64,000 nt of DNA from the human T2T-CHM13v2.0 reference genome, Homo sapiens. This document shows, one piece after another, positions 39,241-64,000 of this stretch. The translations under genes were made by a program, and so were the position numbers. The notes beneath the pieces were generated by a model, which did not search any database, was not told where the DNA came from, and saw only the letters and a program-made list of their open reading frames with translations. The first letter of the stretch is position 1, and each line of letters starts with the position of its first letter. The stretch lies in the NCBI RefSeq assembly GCF_009914755.1, contig NC_060948.1. One strand, 5' to 3'.

Positions 39241-42200
39241 CTCTGTGCTCATTAAATCTGTTTTTCTCTAGCAGAGGCAGGTTAACCATGAAACTGAAGC
39301 TTCAAGATGACTTTACTTGCCCAGGCTCCTTCTAAGTCCTCACTTTGTCTTCTGTTTCTCTAAATGGGGCCCTCTGAATAAACAAGCCTCAGATTCCCCT
39401 GGTCTTACCCCATGCCTCACCCTCTTCATAATAAGTGCCTTAAGAAATTCAAGTAAGCAGAATGTTTGCTTTCACTTTGTCCCATCATTGTTAACCTGGT
39501 TCTTCCGAGTGCTAAGCTTTCCCACCGAGCTTCTTTCAGTTATCCTCGGGTGTCCTTTGACAATGCATCCTCCGCTTTCACACGCTCTAGTGTTCCTTCA
39601 CCGGGATCTTTGTTGCCTCACGTTGGGCAGCCAGGAATGTTGGGGTGATCGGACCCAACACCAGGTCATGGGAGCGATGAAGTCTGGTGGAGTCAAAGGA
39701 ATGAGAAAAGACAGTTTGAGAAAGAAAGTGAGTTCAGGGGGCCATCGCTAAGTATGGAGGCTGTGAAGGCCCCGAGCTCTGGAAGCCCAGACTATTTATT
39801 GGTGATCAAAGAAACAGGTGGTGAGAATGTGGGGTTGAAAGGGCGCATTGCATTAAGCACAAGATTTACAGCTGTGATGGTTTAGCATATGCTCTGCTAC
39901 TTGAGATAATGGAGAGCAGGTTCTTTTAACTGAAGATACAATCAATCCTGGGAGAGCAAGGAGCAAGGAGCCAGCAAGTCTAGGCACATTCCAGAGGCCC
40001 CTGGGGGGTTTTGTGCCCTGAGCCCTGGATTCTATCCAAGCCACGAGGGGTTTTATGCCCTGGGCTTAGATTATGGTGCATCAGGGTAGCCTTCTACCCT
40101 TTACCACAGAGCTTGGTGTTCCAAAGGCCACGAGGGGTTTTAGACCTTGGACCCTGGAAATGTTCCAAGACTCTGTTACATTATGTCAGACATGCAAGCC
40201 CTGCCTCAGCTTCTCTCCCAACCCTCAGCTTCTCCCAACAGGCAGAGCCCTCATGGAGAACCTCTACTAGAGCAGTGTGAGAACCTCTACTAGAGCAGTG
40301 CAGAGGGGAAATGTGGGATTGGAATCCCCACACAGAGTCCCCAGTGGTGCACTGCCTGGTGGAGCTGTGAAAAGAGGGCCACCATTATCCAGACCTCAGA
40401 ATGGTAGATCTACTGATGGCTTGCACCATGCACCTGGAAAAGCTGCAAGCAGTCAACACCAGCCCATGAAAGCAGCTGTGGGGGCTGTACCTTGCAGAAC
40501 CTCAGAGGCAGAGCTGCCCAAGGCCTTGGGAGCCCATCCCTTGCATCAGTGTGGCCTGGATGTGAGACATGGAGTCACAAGAGATCATTGTGAAGCTTTA
40601 AGATTTAATCATTGCCCTGCTGGGTTTCAGACTTACATGGGGCCTGTAGCCCCGTTGTTTTGGCCAATTTCTCCCATTTGGAATGGGAACATATACCCAA
40701 TGCCTGTACTCCCATTGTATCTTGAAGTAACAAACTTGTTTTTTATTTTAGAGGCTCATAGGTAAAAGGGACTTACTTTGTCTCAGATGAGACTTTGTAC
40801 TGTGGATTTTTGAGTTAATGCTGAAATGAATTAAGACTTTAGGGGACTATTGGGAAGGCATGATTAGATTTGAAATGTGAGAAGGACATGAAATTTGGAA
40901 GAGGCCAGGGAAGAATGATATTATTTGCCTCTGTCCCCACCCAAATCTCATGTCAAATTGTAATCCCCATGTGTCAGGGAGGGATCTGGTGGGAGGTGAT
41001 TGGATCATGGGGGCAGATTTCCTCCATGTTGTTCTTGTGATAGTGAGTTCTCCTGAGATCTAATAGTTTAAAAGTGTGGCACTTCCTGATTTGCTCTTTC
41101 TCCTGCCACCATGTAAGATGTGCCTGGTTTCCCCTTCACCTTCCATCATGATTGTAAGTTTCCTGAGGCCTCCCCAGCCGTGTGGAACTGTGCATCAATT
41201 AAACCTCTTTTCTTTATAAATTACCCAGCCTCAGGTAGTTCTTTATAGCAGTGTGAAAATGGACTAATGCAATACCCGTGAGGAAAATGAAGGACTAGCA
41301 CATTGGGCCTTAATAAAAATTTAAAGCTGAATAACTGGCCCCCATATCTATAATGAACGTTACCTCTGGTTCAGTCTCAATCAGATTTGCCTGAGGCTCA
41401 TCCATACAGATGGAAAAGATAGGAGCCTGGAAGGCCTCAATGTCCCATCAATCATCTAGAGGATGACTTTCAGAGGCTTGATCATAATCCAGGAATAGAG
41501 TTAGAGGTGCTTGTCCTTGCCCTTGCCCTCATCCTTGTCCTGCATGACACCCCTGTCAGATAGGTTGGTGAGGTTGTGGCTGTAACAGCCTAGAAGGAAG
41601 AGGTGGCCCTCTCCTGAAAGAGAGAGGGACACTTACTCTTCTAATGATCCTCTTGTTTGCAATGAGGACAGGGTCCTGGGGGTAGCTTGTAATTTGGAGG
41701 TTTGGGATATTCTCTACTCTAGTGTCCTGGATTCCTGCAGCGTTGATAGGCCCCCATTCTGTTAGTATTATAGGGATGAGTCTTGGGTTTATTAGCTAAC
41801 GAAAAATAATGTATCAATGCCATTGCCATGTAATTCGCTTGGCAATGGCATTTTTCCTCCTCTAATTGAGCCTTTTTTTATTTTTGAGGTTGCCTCCCAG
41901 TCATTGAAAACCTTAAAGGCTGTATTTAGTAAAGTAGGGAAGGGAATGTGAGTGCCTTGCTCTAATTTTTGGAGTTTTTGTCTGATGTCTGGGGAAGCCT
42001 GACGTATAAGCTGTACAGCCAGAATGGATTGGCCCTTAGGGCTTTCAGGGTGTGAATTTGTATATTTATGCATTGCCTCCACCAGTCCAGCTTGGAAAAG
42101 GGTGGAGTTCTCAGATGGTTCCTGAGTGATTTCTTGTAACTTAGAAAAATTAACAGGTTTTATCACAGGCTTTTTCATTCCTTCCATCAAGCACGTTATT

Positions 42201-43184
42201 ATATAATCTCATCGGCAGATGAGATAACATTTGTTATTGCCAATTGGGTTCTCTGTTGAGGACAGCTTCTGCCTCAACCCTTTTATCATTAGGATTATGA
42301 GCATGAACTTTATTTGTCTACGCTTGAGCTAAAGACCATATGTGTGATTTTTCTTTGTGGGAATGGCACGAATATGTCTTGTCAGGTTAAATCAAAGGAG
42401 TTCTTGAGTGAACTTAGAGGGATCCTGGCAAAATGAATCCAATGTGGGTTGAATTTGTGAAAGATCAGACATTGGAAAAGGGACATGAACTCAAATTGTT
42501 CCCAAATCTCTATTTGCCATCTTGTGGACAGGCAAAACATTTTTGGGATTTTTGGAGGAATCTTAGAGTTGCATATGTGACTCCCGAGTGAGTATGTGAG
42601 GGGGATAAAGTATCTGGTTATGGGAAGGGTTGATTAGGGGATGGAGCAGATGGAGAGGTTGTAGGTGAAGCAGGAGCAGGCTGAGGAGAGTGTGGTATGC
42701 AAAAGGAAGGATCGTCTAAGACATCAGAATCAGGGAGAGAGGAAGTTCCTTGGAAGCATGTATGATAATTTTTATTTGGGGATTTGGGGATAAAGCCAAA
42801 AAGACCTCAACATGTGGGACCTCTGAATGCAAAAAAAAAGTATACACTTCTTTTTGGGAGTTTGTGGGTTAAAATGGGGTCACTTTTTAAGACTGCAACC
42901 CAAGGGCGAGTAGGAATGACTTGCCCTTGCCTGGATGACCAGGCCAGGTGTGCCCTTGTTTGAGTGGTCAACTCAAACCTAATGGGAAGGAGAACTCACC
43001 CGTAACTTGGGATATGGTGCCTCTGATGTTGAATCCAAAATTGTGTCCACAACCAGTGGAATGTGAAGAGTTGAGATTATTGTTTCCAAGGCATGGGTTA
43101 CAGAGTGTTCAGTGAAAGTGGACTTGCCACCACAAATGGCTAATTATTATTTTTTCATTTTTTTATTTTGTAAAGATGGAGTTT

Positions 43185-50136
<6,952 letters not shown>

Positions 50137-50750
50137 CTAACTACTCACAGTGGCTACTTCTTGGGGGAGGTGAAAGGGGACCCTGTTAAAGAATTTTTCT
50201 TCTGTATTGTTTTTCTTCAACTGAGTCTGCATTAATTTTATATTTAATACTCTCCCCACCCCTGATGCTCACAGGTTGCTTTAGCTGGTGGAAGGAGAAC
50301 CTGCACCTCTGGTTTTGGCAAAGTGTAGAAGGGGACAAGGGCACTGCTCTGCACCTGCACAGGTTCTTGCCTCCTGGGGTCAGTTTAATGAATCTCAGTG
50401 GTGTTTCTTGGGAAGAACACAGTGGACACTCACTTGCCAGTCAGTAGACAAATCACTGAAGTCCATGTCTGGCAGTTCTCAATGTCATGGGGACTGTAAG
50501 GTTGTCATGTCTCACAGTTCCCTGACTTAGAAGATTAGTGGTGACAGACACTTCTCAGCTCTGCTCGGGAGAGCAGCTCTGTAATGCGCTTGTGGTTTCA
50601 GATGTGGGCGGCCTGTGTGAACCTGTCGTGCAAAGCTCACGTCACCAACTGCTGCAGTTATCTCCTGAATCAGGCTGAGGGTCTTTGCTGTGCACCCAGA
50701 GATAGTTGGGTGACAAATCACCTCCAGGTTGGGGATGCCTCAGACTTGTG

Positions 50751-63397
<12,647 letters not shown>

Positions 63398-64000
63398 GTC
63401 CCTGACTCGCCAGATGCATCATGTCCATTTTGGGAAAATGGACTGAAGTTTCTGGAGCCCTTGTCTGAGACTGAACCTCCTGAGAAGGGGCCCCTAGCAG
63501 CGGTCAGAGGTCCTGTCTGGATGGAGGCTGGAGGCTCCCCCCTCAACCCCTCTGCTCAGTGCCTGTGGGGAGCAGCCTCTACCCTCAGCATCCTGGCCAC
63601 AAGTTCTTCCTTCCATTGTCCCTTTTCTTTATCCCTGACCTCTCTGAGAAGTGGGGTGTGGTCTCTCAGCTGTTCTGCCCTCATACCCTTAAAGGGCCAG
63701 CCTGGGCCCAGTGGACACAGGTAAGGCACCATGACCACCTGGTGTGACCTCTCTGTGCCTTACTGAGGCACCTTTCTAGAGATTAAAAGGGGCTTGATGG
63801 CTGTTCCAAAGTGTTGATGGCTGGGAGAAGGGGCCAGAGGAGGAGTGAGGGGTGGGGTTTGTCCAGCCCTGGGCTTTCCGGGCTCTAGAGATAGCATGGT
63901 GTAGGCTCAATGACAGTTCTGGGGACAGCAAGTTGGAGGTTCAGGGGCAGCTTCAGGACAGCAGGATGGAGGCTCAGGGACAATTCCTGGGAGGCCAGTG

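Larger units (their letters stand above)
36773..40240 (-). mobile_element. Internally deleted HERV-K14-type (HML-1, LTR14-like) provirus carrying TRPC6 sequence
   Basis: LTRs at 39638-40240 (5') and 36773-37413 (3'). tRNA-Lys PBS TGGCTGCCCAACGTGAGGC at 39615-39633. PPT at 37414-37432. Exact 6-bp TSD ggcaga at 36767-36772 and 40241-40246. gag start MGQSESKHSAYLNFLRHLL at 39485. env remnant (ITC..C.LFTCI, AREGVWIPVS..RPWE.SPS) at 37500-37883. Confidence 0.9.

Noticed and set aside
40256-40300. 23-bp duplication next to the provirus taken as its TSD
   Set aside because: Both copies lie on one side. The real TSD is ggcaga.

Overview
Primate (almost certainly human) subtelomeric DNA matching the distal pseudoautosomal region PAR2 (Xq28/Yq12). 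The last ~13.5 kb holds an intact 9-coding-exon IL9R gene (521 aa when the exons are spliced by hand). The first ~50 kb is a dense stack of repeats: two long, degenerate (TTAGGG)n-like arrays (~555-8125 and ~33240-34003), many solo LTRs with readable target-site duplications, a nearly full-length defective HERV-E provirus, an ELOC processed pseudogene and a hAT transposase fossil. It also has a three-level nested insertion (HERV-K14-type provirus inside a THE1/MST element inside an ERV1 gag-pol). The innermost provirus has most of its viral genes replaced by an intronless ~0.88 kb piece of TRPC6 mRNA that is still a 304-codon open frame. Repeat subfamily names come from recalled consensus sequences and are tentative. 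No database search was run.
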